From Callorhinchus milii (Eukaryota), in the NCBI RefSeq assembly GCF_018977255.1, contig NW_024704743.1, positions 112,594,001 through 112,658,000 of the forward strand: a stretch of DNA of 64,000 bases, read 5' to 3'. Position 1 is the first letter of the stretch; the number at the start of each line of letters is the position of its first letter. The translations under genes and the position numbers were made by a program. This document shows positions 49,989 to 64,000 of this stretch, one piece after another. The notes beneath the pieces are model-generated. The model saw only the letters and a list, made by a program, of their open reading frames with translations. It was not told the DNA's origin and did no database searches.

Positions 49989-52900
49989 AGAGGTGAGAAT
50001 TCTACCAATTGAACCAGGCTGACACCTGCAAATGCCAGAGCACCTGACAAAATAAATGATTTAGGGTGTAAATTTGATATGCTGTGAGACTAGTCTTTCA
50101 AGGTGGTGCCAAACTCGACACCAAATTTGACACTTGCACTCATTCAGTGTCACTTATGCTGTACATTTTAGATGTCATCAAAAAAGGACCTATTAACTGC
50201 TTTGCAGTGGTGCAAAATGTGTAGTGTAATTATCTTATTATCTTCCACCATCTGTTTTATATTTACATTCAAAAATACCTAGTTTCATTTCTGAATAATA
50301 ACTAGGAGAAGCATGGAAGGTAGAAATATATTACAAATATATATATTACAGAAATATATTACAAATATATTTTTCTTGCAGTGAAATAGGACTATTTATT
50401 TGCCTTGTAATTATACCATGGTATGCATTACTTAACAATACAAATATGGATAACTTTGACACAAAAGGCAACATAAACAGCTACTTGCAACCACCATAAT
50501 CCAAGAAGAATCCTTGCACTTGGCATAGTGCTTTCATGTCAGGAGGATATCCAATAGCACTTCACAGGACTTACTGTAAAGTGGAGTATAAACTGTATTT
50601 TGTGGCAATCACAACAGCTAATTTGCACACAGCAGTGTCGCACAAACAGCCATGAACCAAAATTATTATTTTTCTTATCTCGGGGATTGTTGGCCAGGAC
50701 ACAGAAGAAACTCCCTTCTCTTTTCGAATGATGGCGTGGGATTTTAACATCAACCTGAACAGACAAGATGGGGCCTTGCTTTAACGTTTCTTCCAAAAGT
50801 ACAGTATCGAGCCCATAGAAATATATACAGTACTTGACAAATACATATAGCAGCTTCTTCAAGAAATGGCTTGTTGCATAGACAGAGAATTAGCAAACTG
50901 CTAAACATTCTCCAAGATTNAAAAAAATACTCTATCATCCTAAGATTTGGAAGACTTTATTTTGCCCATGTTCCTGAAGTTGGTAGCAATGTTTCAGTAG
51001 TGTGTATTATTATACAGTTGATCAGAATATTATTTTAATAATTATAGATTTTGTAATCTAATTACAAATAAGTCACAGTTAAATCAGAATCCCAAGCATT
51101 TCCTCCGTCTTGGTAAATTATAATGTAGAGGTTTAAAATTGCGAACATTGATTGTTTCGTTTTACATTTTTATCCCCTATTCTGCCCATCCTCTTGTCCC
51201 TCCTTGAATTATTGTGCTAAAAATGTAGTTACTTAGTCCCACCTCATGTCATCTATTTCACTCCTAACATCATTGAAAGGAAACCTTTATATAAGAAGAG
51301 GAGCATATCGTAAAATAAACTACTTCAGCATCTTGATCAGTTCTTTGAGACGTCTAGAAGACATGAAAAGCGCTATATCAAATGCAAGGATGATTATTAT
51401 TATTATTACTCTTTCTGCACAGACAATACTGTATGAACAATTTATTTTGCGTCCTTAGTTTAATATGCTGCAGTTTCAGTTACATTGACTTGCAGAATCT
51501 CAGGGTGAGATATGTACATTGAATTGTTGTCACAGTTGTTCTTTATCGATTCCTTCCCTACTTATCTCTTTTTCTGCCTTTACCCAGATCTTTAACCTGT
51601 AGTTCATGTGTGGGCTTTACAAAAGATTAATTAGCTGTCAGTTTTTTTTTAAATTGCGATTTTCTTGTTATTTAGGATTTTTTTTCATATTAAGTGGCAA
51701 AACAAAAGTGTGTAGCTGGAAACAGTTGCCAGTTATCTCATTAAATGGATTCTGTTGGTTACCAGAAGCGCAGAAAGTCGTGAAGTAATTGCCCGGAGAT
51801 GTCAATTGGCAAAGGATTTCATACAACCTAATCCATAGTTCAGCAAGTAATATTTAATTTGTTCACTTCAATGTTCAATCTTGCCGAGGAGTGAGGGGGT
51901 GCTGTTTATCCCTGATAATTGTAGAGTCTCTTTAAAAAAAATTGCTAATTCTAACATATCAGCAGCATCTTTCAAAGTCACGTGTGGTTACAGACAATGC
52001 AACATGTTCCTATGGAATAATGAACCAACGACAGCAATTTACATTTGTCAAATGCCTTTCGTGTTAGGAGGATGCCTCAAGCACTTCACACAACTGACTG
52101 GGAGTCTGAGCTTGGGGGTAGGATAAAGGTGAAAAAAGGAGGTCAGAGAAATAGGCCTTCAGGCAGGGAGGAGGGAGGAATGGCTGAAAGCTTACAAACT
52201 AATGGTAGGGTAGGTTGGTACAGGCAGGGGATGTGAAGCAGGCTAGTGTTCGGCAAGTGAAAATATTGTGTACCATACAAATGTCATTTAAAATTTCTGC
52301 CTCGTTCTATTACAGACAAGTTGGCAAGGTTCAGACTTTAGGAATGCTGACATTTTCTACTATCTTTTGGTGATGTGTTTAAAATCCCATTTGCTCATAT
52401 TGCTCATGTGCAATATTCTATTGCATTATTCCAGGGCTAAAATTAGGTTTACATTCTCTAATGGTATTACTCCATTCGTACATTTAACTGCTTTCAGTAA
52501 AGACTACACAATAATAGGTTGGTTACATAAAATCTCAACCAACTATAACAGTGCAGGCAGGAAGCCAGCTTGCTGCAAAACACTGACTTGCTTTTTTCAG
52601 GCTTACAAATTGGCCGTACAAAAAGAGGTCATCAGATTTCCACTGACAGAAGCGACTGACATTGGTGGCGACCCGATGACCTGAAGTTGCACATTTTTTA
52701 GTGCACAGAAAAGCCAGCTGTAATTTTCAGGCTTTCCTCCACATTTTTTTTAGTCATTAAATGATGGGCTTCACACCACAACCACGTCATAAGCAGAACA
52801 GTGTTATAATGAAATGTTGTAACACATTTCTGCCGCATGAGTAAGAGACACAGGAGCGAAGGGAACATCACTAAATACTATTGTCAAGTTATATGATGAT

Positions 52901-53183
52901 TGCATACACTTTTTAGAAGTAGGTTTGGTGGAAATTGATGTTTTTTTCTGACTTTCAATGAAAATTGTTGCACTTGGAACACATTATTATTATTATTATT
53001 ATAAAACAAATAAATCAAGATTCATATAATTGAACCAAGCTTGTGTTTCTGACACCCATTGGTGAGTTATTCATGATAAGCACTTGATCTTTACACTGCT
53101 CCTCTTCTCTCTTTTTCACCTTTGAATCCATAAGGTGTCATTTTTAAAAGTAATTATTCATATATTTTATTGATTTATATTCA

Positions 53184-53503
53184 GAGTCCTGTAGCTCAGT
53201 GGTTAGAGCACTCGCCTCGCAAGCAAGAGACTTGGGTTTGATTCCTGGCAAGGCGAAACTTTGGGCAAGTTTCCTTATTCCACACCCCTGATAAGAATCC
53301 CTTGAGAGAGAGAGAAAAAAATAATAAATTGGTCGCTTCAATCCACGACTGTTTGTGGGACACTGCTGTGTGCAATTGGTTGCCACATTTCTCCCACAAA
53401 TACACAGTCAATTCACTTTACAGTATATTCTGTGAAGCGCTTTGAGACGTCTAGAAGACGGAAAAATCGCAATATCAAATGCAAGGATTATTATTATTAT
53501 TAT
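53184..53503 (+). mobile_element. tRNA SINE, full length
   Basis: Same head, body and tail as the other copies. Confidence 0.9.
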
Positions 53504-53867
53504 TTGTTTGGATCAACTTATGGAACAGTAACCGCAATTTATGTAGTGCACCTTCCACATCGGAAAGACCTCTCAAAGCACTTCAATGGAACTGTCTGTG
53601 GACCTGAGCTGCGAGCTGAAGTGGAAATGTTGTTTGAAATTGCGATCAAAGAGATGTTTCTTGAGGAAGGTTTTGAAGATGGGAAGGGAGGGGGCGAGTT
53701 GGAGGGACTCAGGGATGGAGCTTTAGAGAAGAGGGGCATAATGGCTCAAAGCCTTTGGTGGATCACTTTCCGAAGGAATAATCCCCTCACAAAAAAATGT
53801 GATCACTCAATCCATGACTGTGGGACATTGTTGTGTGTAATTGGCTACAGTGTTTTGCGCAAAATGT

Positions 53868-54258
53868 ATGGCTTCCACGGCCTTGCGCCTTCCTACTTAT
53901 GTGACCTGCTAATCCCTTATCAACCTGTCCTCTCCCTCCACTCCCCAGGCTCCGGCCTGCTCCATGCCCCCCACCCGTCCCACCCCACCATCGATGGTTG
54001 GGCCTTAAGCCACTCCACCCTCACCCTTTGGAACTCCACCCCACATTCCCTTCGCCTCGCTCCCTTGCGTCATTCAAGGCATGTCTCAAGATCCTCCTCT
54101 TCGACCGTGCCTTCGGCCACCCACCTACCCTCCCTGCCCTCCACCCTCCCTTACCCCAACCCCCCCACTTCCCTGCTCGGGTCCAAATCCCTGAATGTCC
54201 AGTGCCTTGGGATGCTCTCCCGATGGGAAGGGTGCTATACAAATGTAATTTTGTATTG
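53868..54258 (+). mobile_element. L2-clade LINE 3' end inside a SINE
   Basis: HGLAPSYLCDLL...LKILLFDRAF plus the shared tail. Confidence 0.85.
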
Positions 54259-55615
54259 TATACAGTCAATTCACTTTTACAGTATATTCTATAAAGTGTT
54301 TTGAGATATCTCAACAACGTAATAAGACACTATATCAAATGCAAGGATTATTATTATGATTGCAAAAAGAAACTACAAATATCGATGCCTTACTTATCAT
54401 GTGTGCACATCAGTATTGAAAGAAACTAAATAATAACTCACTAAAGGAATTGCAACAATAACTAATGAAAGAGAATGATCCAACATATTTTTAGAACTTC
54501 AACGGCTGTTTTTTAAGTAGATTGCTTCATTGTAATTGTGAGTGATCATCATCTCTTTCTGGAATAAGAAATAAACTGATCAGTTTTTTGGCTAATCTGA
54601 CATTTCAGACATTTTAATAAGCGCAGCACTGAAACCAAGATCCAAGCACACCCATCTCTGTATAATAGTTTCATACAGAAAATTGCCTGTGGTGATGTGC
54701 TGTCAGAAAAAAAACTACTGAGGTAGACATGAAGGCATCAGGAATCGAGTGAATGTTGAAAGAAAATAATTTAATTGAAATTGAATTTTATTTTTTAATA
54801 GAACTTAAGTGATAAGAAAACAATATGCACTTCCGAAGTGCTTTTCACTTGGGTAACATTTTGAAGCTGAAATCTTTGCAATCAATGGTGGGGCAGGGTT
54901 GCAAGAAATGTGCAGCACACCTGGGTTTACAAAGCAGAGAGAGGAAGCAGGAGAGTGAGACTAGAGGGGTATTACAGATATACAGTGGGGCAACGCACGG
55001 AAGGATTTGAGAGGCAGAATGAGAATCAATAATGACATTGATAGACGGTAAAAATTACACTTACAAAGTGCTGTTATTATTCAAGTTATTATTATTGTTC
55101 ATGTAAAAATGGATATATTTTAGAACCGGAATTCAATATTTGTGAAAATCTAATAATGTTGATTCCTATGGATCCTGATAAGAATGTACCTTCATTTCCG
55201 AAACTTCATCCAGATGGAAATAATAGCTACATTTTATCTTCGTACTGTATATGGTTTGTGAAGTTATCCGTTGTACTGTGTTAAATGTTTACACCAAACA
55301 CGCAGCACAACACATAACACATAGTGTTGAATTGTTTGGTTATTCTTTTCCATCTAATGGCCCAAAGTACAATGCACAAATAAAGTACAAAGTAAAATAA
55401 CGCTGATATCATTAGTTCCGGCACAGGCACAATGGGCCGAATAGCCTCCTTCTGTGCTGAAATATTCTATGATTCTAGATCACACCAACCAATCTTTCTC
55501 TTTCAGATGCTTTTCAATTCACGGTGGATTTCAGCAAATTTGTGGGTTTTTTTATTTTAGTTTCCTAGCATTTTTGTTTTCTGTTTATTCTGACATTTGC
55601 TTATCTTTGTTGTAG

Positions 55616-55734
55616 AACATCACATGCAAGGGCCAAAGCTGAAGCAGCAGATCAGGCTGCACAAGGTGCACGCCAGGAATCAGATATTGCAAGAGGAGTT
55701 GCCAGGGAGCTTTCACCCACCTTCCACCAGCCAG
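55616..55734 (+). CDS. JPH1: Junctophilin-1 coding exon 3 (alpha-helical domain)
   Basis: Not called in the correct frame by the ORF track. Acceptor tttgttgtag|A, phase 2, reads (R)[39 protein letters not shown](G), 119 nt, donor CCAG|GTAAAT. Confidence 0.95.
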
Positions 55735-55952
55735 GTAAATCAGAAAGTTAACGATTCAAAAGAAATTAAAACCAACACCATAAACCTTTTTTTTTGGAAA
55801 GTATTTCTAACTTCAGAGACCATCTCTTTGATGGGAGAATCGTTTTTCTTTGCACATCTTGCATCGTTTTAATCCACGTAATGGACAGATTTATTGTTGG
55901 GATCTAGGGTGGAATTGTTTTCAACAAAACTCATCAAATCTCAAGTTACTTA

Positions 55953-56237
55953 CAATAATAATAATAATAATAATAATAATCCTTGCATTTGATGTAGCGC
56001 TTTTCACGTCGGGAAGACGTCCCAAAGCGCTTCACAGAACACACTGTAAAGTGAATTGACTGTATATTTGTGGGTGAACGCGGCAGCCAATTGCGCACAG
56101 CAATGTCTACAGTTGTAGATTGAAAATGACCAATTTATTATTGTTTTTGGTTTTGGAGGGATTATTATTAGGTGTGTGGAGTAAGGATACTTGCCCAAGG
56201 TTTCGCCCTGCCTGGAATTGAACCCAGGTCTTTCGCT
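55953..56237 (-). mobile_element. tRNA SINE, slightly 5'-truncated
   Basis: Very similar to the 3455-3776 copy, with a long (AAT)n tail on the plus strand. Confidence 0.88.
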
Positions 56238-56879
56238 TATTATTATAATTACAGGTGTTGTCTGAACCACAGCGTAATTGTTCTTAAAATCAATCGCGCG
56301 GTATATTCTCCTTGCAACAACAAATTTGCTTTCAAATTTATGTGGTGAATGGTTTGTTCTTGGTCATTTTTTGTCAAGATTGTGATTGTCAGTGTGTTAC
56401 CTTTTTTGTAGATACCACTGTATCAATGAATACAATATAAACCAACAAACTAATGGATTGGTTTTGGGGGAGGTTATCTCTCCTTTTGTACTGAATGCTA
56501 TTAGATTAATATATTTGCATTGCTCTAAAGACACATGGATGATGATAATGTAGATAAATGTGATGGGTATGCATGGAGAGGCAGATAGTAGCCATAAAGA
56601 CCTCTGGCACAATTCCAAGGCAAAGAAAATACAGCTTCTAAATCTCACAAAAGAGAGATTTTCAACCTCTGATTTAGTCCATGTCCTGAACCTGTCAGGA
56701 AAGAATCTATAGTTTACAATTAATGTATTTTTTTAATCTCTTCTGTAACATACACATGTTTACAATGGAAAATGATACCAAAACCCAGTTGGCAAATATA
56801 GGGACAGTAAATTACTTTGACATGCAAGTTTTTTAAAGAGAGAAATAATAATAAATAATCCTTGCGTTTGATATAGTGA

Positions 56880-57281
56880 TGGATCAAGTTCAAGATCCTC
56901 GTCTCACTTTCGAGGCCATCCATGGCCTTGCCCCCTCCTACTTCTCTGACCTGCTGACTCCCTACCAACCTGCCCATTCCCTCCGTTCAATGGGCTCCGG
57001 TCTGCTCCATTTCTCCCACCCGACCTGCCCTCCCATCGACAGCCAGACATTCAGCCTCTCTGCCCCCACACTCTGGAACTCCATCCCACGGTCCCTTTGC
57101 CTCGCTTTCTCCCTTGCCTTCTCTTCAATCGTGCCTTTGGTCGCCCTCCAACCTCTCTGCCTTCCCTCACCCCTACCCCACACCTCCCCCATGCTCGGTC
57201 CCCGACACTTGACTGTTCAGCGCCTTGGGACGTCCTCCCGACGTGAAAGGTGCTCTATAAATGTAATTTTGTTGTTGTTGT
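56880..57281 (+). mobile_element. L2-clade LINE 3' end inside an antisense SINE
   Basis: AIHGLAPSYFSDLL...FSLSAPTLWNSIP, tail CAGCGCCTTGGGACGTCCTCCCGACGTGAAAGG...(TTG)n. Confidence 0.88.
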
Positions 57282-58295
57282 TATCACGCCTTTGAGACAT
57301 CTCGAAGCGCTTCACAGAAAATACTGTAAAGTATTGACTGTATATTTTGTGGGCAGTAAGGCACTATATCAAATGCAAGGATTATTATTATTATTAAATA
57401 CCACTGATTTAAAGCATATTTATGATTATAAGAATATGTAACCTTTTCCCATCCATTATCTTTGCGCGCACTCAGCAGTGTCCCACAAACCGTCATGGAT
57501 TGAAGAACACTAAGTACACAACTGAAAGACACTATTTCAGAAAAACATGCAGTTCACCTACAAAATACAGTCACTACAATTTACAGTAAATCCTGTGAAG
57601 TGCTTTGAGACATTCTCTCACCATGCTTAACAGTATTCAAAACAAAATATGTATGTCACCCACACATGACAATTTCCCTGTGTATGGAATGGAATGCGCA
57701 TTCTCTCTCTGGAGGGATCCAACCTGCTTACCTAATTCCAGAGAGTATTAGTCACAGGTTGGCAAGAGTCAATCTAAAGAACCTCAGAATGTGATGTTGG
57801 AGTTTAACATAGCTTGAGAGCGCTGTCTAGCAAGCGTCCTGCTGCTTATCCAGCTAGGATCTTCTTTCCCATTAGTGCCCTGGCTTGCAGGGTTAACAGG
57901 AGTTGAGTGGGAAGATTCCCAGCCTCCAGAGTACTTTGTGTACTTTTGTATATCTGAAAATAAGACTTCTATATACAAATCAGCAAATCATTACCATGGA
58001 TTTGGAAGCTAATGCGTGCTTTGTACCTGTGAATGCCGGATGTAAAATAATTTGGCTCCAATTGACGGGGAACAAATGTCTCAATGTGGGAGGAAACTAA
58101 TATCTTTAGATTGCAAGTAAGATTTCAACTAAAAAGAAAGCTTTTCAATTACAAAGAAAGAAGGTGCATTATATGATCAAAACCTTTTCATGGATCAAAT
58201 AGTGAATAGCACTTTTTCTCATTCAGTTTCTTGAGTAGCTTGTCCATCACTTCAAGCGGAGTGACCTTAGATTCTCTGATACATTTACTAGACCT

Positions 58296-58615
58296 GGAGC
58301 CCTATAGCTCAGTGGTCAGAGCACTCGCCTCGCCAGCAAAAGACCTGTGTTCAATTCCCGGCAGGGCAAAACCTTGGGCAACTTTCCATACTGATAATAA
58401 CACACCTGATAATAATCTCTCACGAAAAATAATAATAATAATAATTTGGTCACTCAATCCACAACTGTTTGTGGAACACTGCTGTGCACAATTGGCTGCC
58501 ACGTTTCGCCCACAAAAATGCAGTCAATTCACTTTACAGTATATTCTGTGAAACGCATTGACACGTCTAGAAGATGTGAAAAGCGCTATATCAAATGCAA
58601 GGATTATTATATTAT
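58296..58615 (+). mobile_element. tRNA SINE, full length
   Basis: Same head, body and tail as the other copies. Confidence 0.88.
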
Positions 58616-60234
58616 TTATTATAGACCACACTGAAAAGTCAACATCCAATCTCTGTGTTTAATGAATGCCTTTTTCGTTTCCTGTTTATTGTTACAGCTA
58701 AGTAGAACATTCAAAGTAAGTGTTTGGAGGACCTGTTCTACTCTTCATAATGTTTGAAATGAAACATAATTGTTTTGTAGATTCCCTGCCTCCCCCTGAG
58801 TAAATGTGATATCATATGCAGCAGTTTGTCGCCTGCACAAGATGAGTAATTTTACTCGATATTAAAAAGAAAATGATTCAGCCAAACGATCCGTTTTATG
58901 AAATTGAAGAATTAATATTTAAGATATAATTGCACCTAAATTAGAAGTGCAGCCAAATGACACACTGACTATCAGAACACAGTTTAAAAGTATTTTTTAA
59001 GAGCTGCATTTTATGTTTGGAACAAGAAAGGCTATTCGGTCCATTTCCACTCACCATCAATAAAGCACTGAACTTCTAGTTCAATGAGGCACTATATTGA
59101 AAAAAAGCTGTCATTTGAATTCACCTATCATTGGGCCTTCCACATGAAGTATTCCTACAGCGCTGTGCCTCGGGAAGAGGGGATAAAGGCAGGTTTGCCC
59201 TGCCTAAAAAAATAAACCTACTGTTTGCTAATTGAAATGTGGGATTAACAGCAGACTCAAAGTAGGCCCAGATCATTTTGAAACCATTTCTATCTGAAAG
59301 AGGAGGCAATGTTGAGAGAGGAAGATCTGAAAGGAACTAAAATGAGAAGATGGAGGGATGGAATGAAAGAATGGTTACAGCTTAAATCCAGCAAGTCAGT
59401 CACATTCTGAATTCCAACCATCCGATTTAGTAAGGTTTGTTTTCTTCTTCCTCGCCATTGGGCATTTACTTCTGTCAGATTGTTTCCTGCTGTTCCAAGG
59501 ACTTATTATTAGGAACATGAATCTCCCGGGGACAACAATACTGTGATTGACAACTATTTAGAGCAGCTTTGTGGAGCCTTTAACACTACAGGCTTTCTAA
59601 GGGAAGATAAAAACCTGAAACTTTAAACTACTTAAACATTGTTAGTTAATCAGTAATGATAACTGTTATATGATGACATTCTCTTTTGTTCATATTCCTT
59701 TCTATTTAATATTCCTACCTACTTTTAAAGTATTTTCATAATCACAACGCTTCATTTTATCCTCGACAAAAAGGAGGGTGAGGCCTCAAGCAAGGAAACA
59801 GAGTAAAATTTTATTTTGCTTTTACTGAAGAAAATTCTGGAGAAGATTGAGCTCCTGTTGTTAATGATTCTAAATTGAAATAAGCTGTCATTTCTGTTAT
59901 TCTAAACAAATATACTATATTCAGTCCATCTGCTCTTGATAGCTTTGTTGTATTTTGCTCATTTAATGGGTGATATTCTCCCCCTCTGAGTCACAACCTT
60001 TACATTTTAGAAGAAACTTCATTGTAATGTTGGAAATTTAAATTAATATTTGTTTTGGCTTGCGGATATCCTGAGCAAATCCCTTTAATTTCAAATTCTA
60101 AAACAATAAAAGCTCATCTGGCTTTTAATAGCTGTAATTTATTAGCTTAATTTAATATTTCTGTAGGCCAGAGTCAGAGGAGTAATTTGAATATTGATAT
60201 TCCCGACGTGAAAAGCGCTATATCAAATGCAAGG

Positions 60235-60270
<36 letters not shown>
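60235..60270. repeat. (ATT)n microsatellite expanded from a SINE tail
   Basis: About 12 ATT units directly follow GTGAAAAGCGCTATATCAAATGCAAGG. Confidence 0.9.
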
Positions 60271-63200
60271 TGGGTGAATATAACAAGAAGATGCAAAGTT
60301 GGACCATGAGACCGTAGTTCTTTTCATACTGTAGAATGGATGTAAATTATGTGGATTCAAGTCTGAGGGCATGTTTAATGGCAATTGTTCATTGCCAAGT
60401 TTGATTAAAATCAGAAACATTTACTGTGTGAGAAAAACTTTGCTGTATGACAATATAGAGTTGCATAACAAAGGTCTCACTGAGTAAACATAGTAAGAAG
60501 GTTTTATGATGCAGATGATAGCAATCTTCTGACCCAGTGGCAGAGTACTCCCAATTTATCTACTTGTTGATAATTTGTAGCAGTAGTAATAGCAATAATC
60601 CTTGCATTCGTTAAAGCGGCTTTCATATCTGGAGGACGTCTCAAAGCACTTCACAGGATTCACTGTAAAATGCAGTAACTGTATTTTGTGGGCGAATATG
60701 GCAGCCAATTCGCACGCAGCAGTGTCCAACCCCTTCTCCCCCCACCCCAAGTATGAGACTTGAATACAAAATAAATGAGGAATCTTCAACACAAACTCAC
60801 GAAAAGAATGTATGAGTTTGATTATTTTATGATTATTTAAAATATTTATTGACTTTAAAGTTTATACCAGGATTCTTCTGTGCTGTTTGTGCATTCCAGT
60901 GGCCAGGATTTTGTCTTGAAATATAAAATGACTTTGAATTATGGAAAATAGGTTTCTGCAGTTATTAAAATGATCTGATTTCCAAATTTGGACTGAATTT
61001 AAGAATTTCCCTTTTTTTAGGCCAGAACAGCTGGAATTTTGGTAACTCAGAGCTGATAATGGAAACTGTTTCTTTGAGTTCTTAACAATAATAATATTCC
61101 TTGCATTTTGCCGTACCACTTCTTTGAGACATCTCAAAGCGCTTCTCAGAATATACTCATACTCTAAAATGAATTGACTGTATATTTTGTGGGCGAAACG
61201 TGGCAGCCAATTGCACACAGCTGTGTCCCACAAATGGTCGTGGATTAAATGACCAAATTGTTTTTTTTAAGGAATTTAGAGGGGTGCACTGCTATCTGGT
61301 CTGCACCATTGCCCCCAAGGGGTTGGAGTGTGCGGGGAGAAGGGGCAATGATGGAAGTGCATAGTAATGGGAAGGGAGGCTGGAACTGGAGAGTGGAAAG
61401 CATAGCAAGGCAGGTCTGCACATGTCAAACCATGCATTATAATTCTGTTCAGTCTCCCTTATCAGTCTGAACAGCTCTTCAGCTGACAGTCAGTAGCAGT
61501 TAATATATTGTTGCTTTTGTTTTTAACTTCAGAGTGACTTTCTCGTCTTATCTCCCTGTCGAGAAGCTCAATGCCTTTCAGTCAGCATTGATCAGAAAGT
61601 CACAAATCATCACAAGTGAAAATCTGTCTTATACTACCCCTGTCACATTGAATTAGAGCAGCAAGCATTATTTATATTAAATCTATGCTTTATATTTGTA
61701 ACTACTGTGTGTGTATGCACATGGAATCTACATACATGTCTGTACCTCTCCATATATAGGGACCAAAGCAGTAGCAAGAAGAAAGTTTTTTTTATATGGC
61801 TATTGTTTATTTCACAAACTACTGTACTTAACCGCAAAAATATTGGAAGTGCTTCATTTTAGAACAGACTTGTATCTTATCAGTAGGTGTACAAATTTAA
61901 GGTGTGGCTCTATTTCCCCTAGGTAACCAGTGACTTTAATTGGTTTCCTAATATGGGATGCAAATGTCAATGGTATCATGGTCAATGGTTAGTCAATGGT
62001 ATCGCCTGACTAACAGCATTGCAAACCAATCAGTGTGCACTTCAGGGGAGCTGCTAATTTTATATCAGAGTCATGCTTTGCAAGTTCAGCAGTGAAATGC
62101 ACTTGCAAACTGTTAATCTAAATGCATATAGCAGTTAATACAACACGTGAATAGGACATAAAGTGCCCAAGATGAGAACTTCAAAGTGCATTTGCTTGGC
62201 AGCGGTATTTGGTAAGGGAGTAGAAGTTAAACACAGCAAATACAATTCAGCTGCAAAGTCAGCAAATTGTGCAAATATTACAGGTATTCTGACACCATGG
62301 GGAAGAATGGAGAGTGCTCCAGTCCTTCTATTTGCACCAATTTAGTGTCAGATAATATGATAGCTTTTGATCAGCTACTTGCTCAGACAGCTCAAAAATT
62401 GCTGTTACAACTTCCTGTCGTAATTGCTTTTCATTTTACATTAGAGCCGCTGTTAATGAAAAACGGTCTTTTTCTGCCAAAACATCAAACCCCTTCAATT
62501 TTAGTCGATCAAGTTCTGATTGCCAGCTTGCATTGCACTTGAATTTGTAGGTCTAGCTATTAAATATCTGAGTATCTTATCCATGAAAGACCTTGACTAC
62601 ACAAGCACCTTGTAAATTGCTGTATTCTTGTAAAATCTTTTGCCTGTAAAATGGCACATTCTCAATGGCACAAAACACTTGTTACATATACGAATGGGTG
62701 GGGAAAGAGTTTGTACAAAATTAGAAGACCAAGGATGAATTTTAGACTTGTACAAGGACATCCATTGATTTGTTTTCAGAGGGTGAAACTCCTATTCCTT
62801 TGTAAAGTATTATTTTCTCCCATGTCCTTTTACAATAACAACAATTTGCACTTCTGTGCGGAATGAGCATCTTGACAGATATAGTGGAGTATCAATCGGA
62901 TAAAGGAAGATTTAGAGTTGCCCAAAGATGATTATGATAATCTTTGATTTGATATACAGCCCAAAAGTCAAAAGGCTTATGGGTTGCATGCATTTGTTTT
63001 CTTGCAGTCCTAAATGAGGGAGTCGTGTTTTGAGGTTTAAAAGCTAAGATCAGTGTCCCGGGATGCAAAAGAAGAATGTTCCTTCCTTCTATACTAACGT
63101 CTCTCATTTTTTTTTAAATTCAAAGAAGTTAGCAGATTTCTTGCCAACTGCACTTTCAACAAAATGCCCTCACCAAATAACAACAGAGTTGAAAAGTAAT

Positions 63201-64000
63201 TTGTACTTGTGGAAAATTCCAACCTATAATAATAATCCCTGCACTTGATACAGTTAATGCTTTATCACGTCATTGAGACGTCTCAAAGCACTTCACATAA
63301 TATATTGTAAAATGAATTGACCATGTATTGTAGTGGTGAAATGCTCTATAAAATCTTTATAAAATCTGTAGGTGAGGGATCTTTAGAAGCCTCCAATTTG
63401 GATTCCGCCCAAAATCAATTATATTATTTTAGTACACAAGAAATAGCAACTGATGTAATAAAATGGCAAGGGATTACCCAAAATCATTTTACCTTTGAAA
63501 AAATGACCTTTACTTCTGTAGACCGATGTGCATTGCGCATAGTAGTACTCACATCTGATGAATCTTCATAGAAATTTCTAAGTGACATTAATTTGAACTA
63601 TATTAGGCAAGTGTAGGCCTTCAATGACGGCTGGCGGAGACATAGCTGAAATCCCATGGAGTTGGGAGCCATCTGGGAGGTAGCAACACTTAAGAGCTCA
63701 TCTTAGTGAGAACCTGCAGCAGCTGTACATTCTTTCTTTTTAAATTTGATACAGTGCCCAATGAAAACAAACACTATACCATCTCCACTGCAGCGCAGTG
63801 TGTTATATTTCGGTTTCTTGCAACTCGTGTATTTTACCTTTAGAACACTGCAGTCTGCATGGTCTGTATCTTGTACAAGGACATCCATTGATTTGTTTTC
63901 AGAGGGTCTGTATCCCATTTATAACATTGTTATTACCAGTGAAATACTCTTTGAACTAAGTAAGTTGACACTAAGCAAACCTGGAATAATTTTAAATTTT

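Noticed and set aside
53432..54304. 290-aa ORF
   Set aside because: Chance read-through across a SINE tail, an antisense L2 piece, another SINE and an L2 3' end.
55597..55872. 91-aa ORF over JPH1 exon 3
   Set aside because: Wrong frame. The real exon is 55616-55734 in phase 2.

Overview
Vertebrate genomic DNA, most likely a cartilaginous fish (inferred from the repeat families; I cannot confirm the species). It holds the 5' ends of two divergently transcribed genes. GDAP1 is on the minus strand (coding exons 3016-3180 and 1372-1564, continuing off the left edge). JPH1/junctophilin-1 is on the plus strand (coding exons 17716-18094, 26309-27068 and 55616-55734, continuing off the right edge). 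All splice junctions are GT-AG with consistent phases. The rest is intron or intergenic DNA rich in retroposons: a young tRNA(Ala)-headed SINE, its probable L2-clade LINE partner, CR1 3' ends, older Deu-domain-like SINEs and two old repeat families I cannot name. Most short ORFs in the supplied track are repeat-derived noise. Best candidates for follow-up: a possible 6-nt frame-preserving microexon or recursive splice site in JPH1 intron 2 (28905-28910); a CpG-retaining E-box/RFX cluster in the same intron (about 40.6-41.1 kb); several short locally templated direct and inverted duplications; a C-rich minisatellite at the JPH1 promoter; and a Cys in the GDAP1 GST active-site loop. I found no evidence of a wholly new multi-gene system. 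Repeat boundaries were estimated by eye and are approximate.
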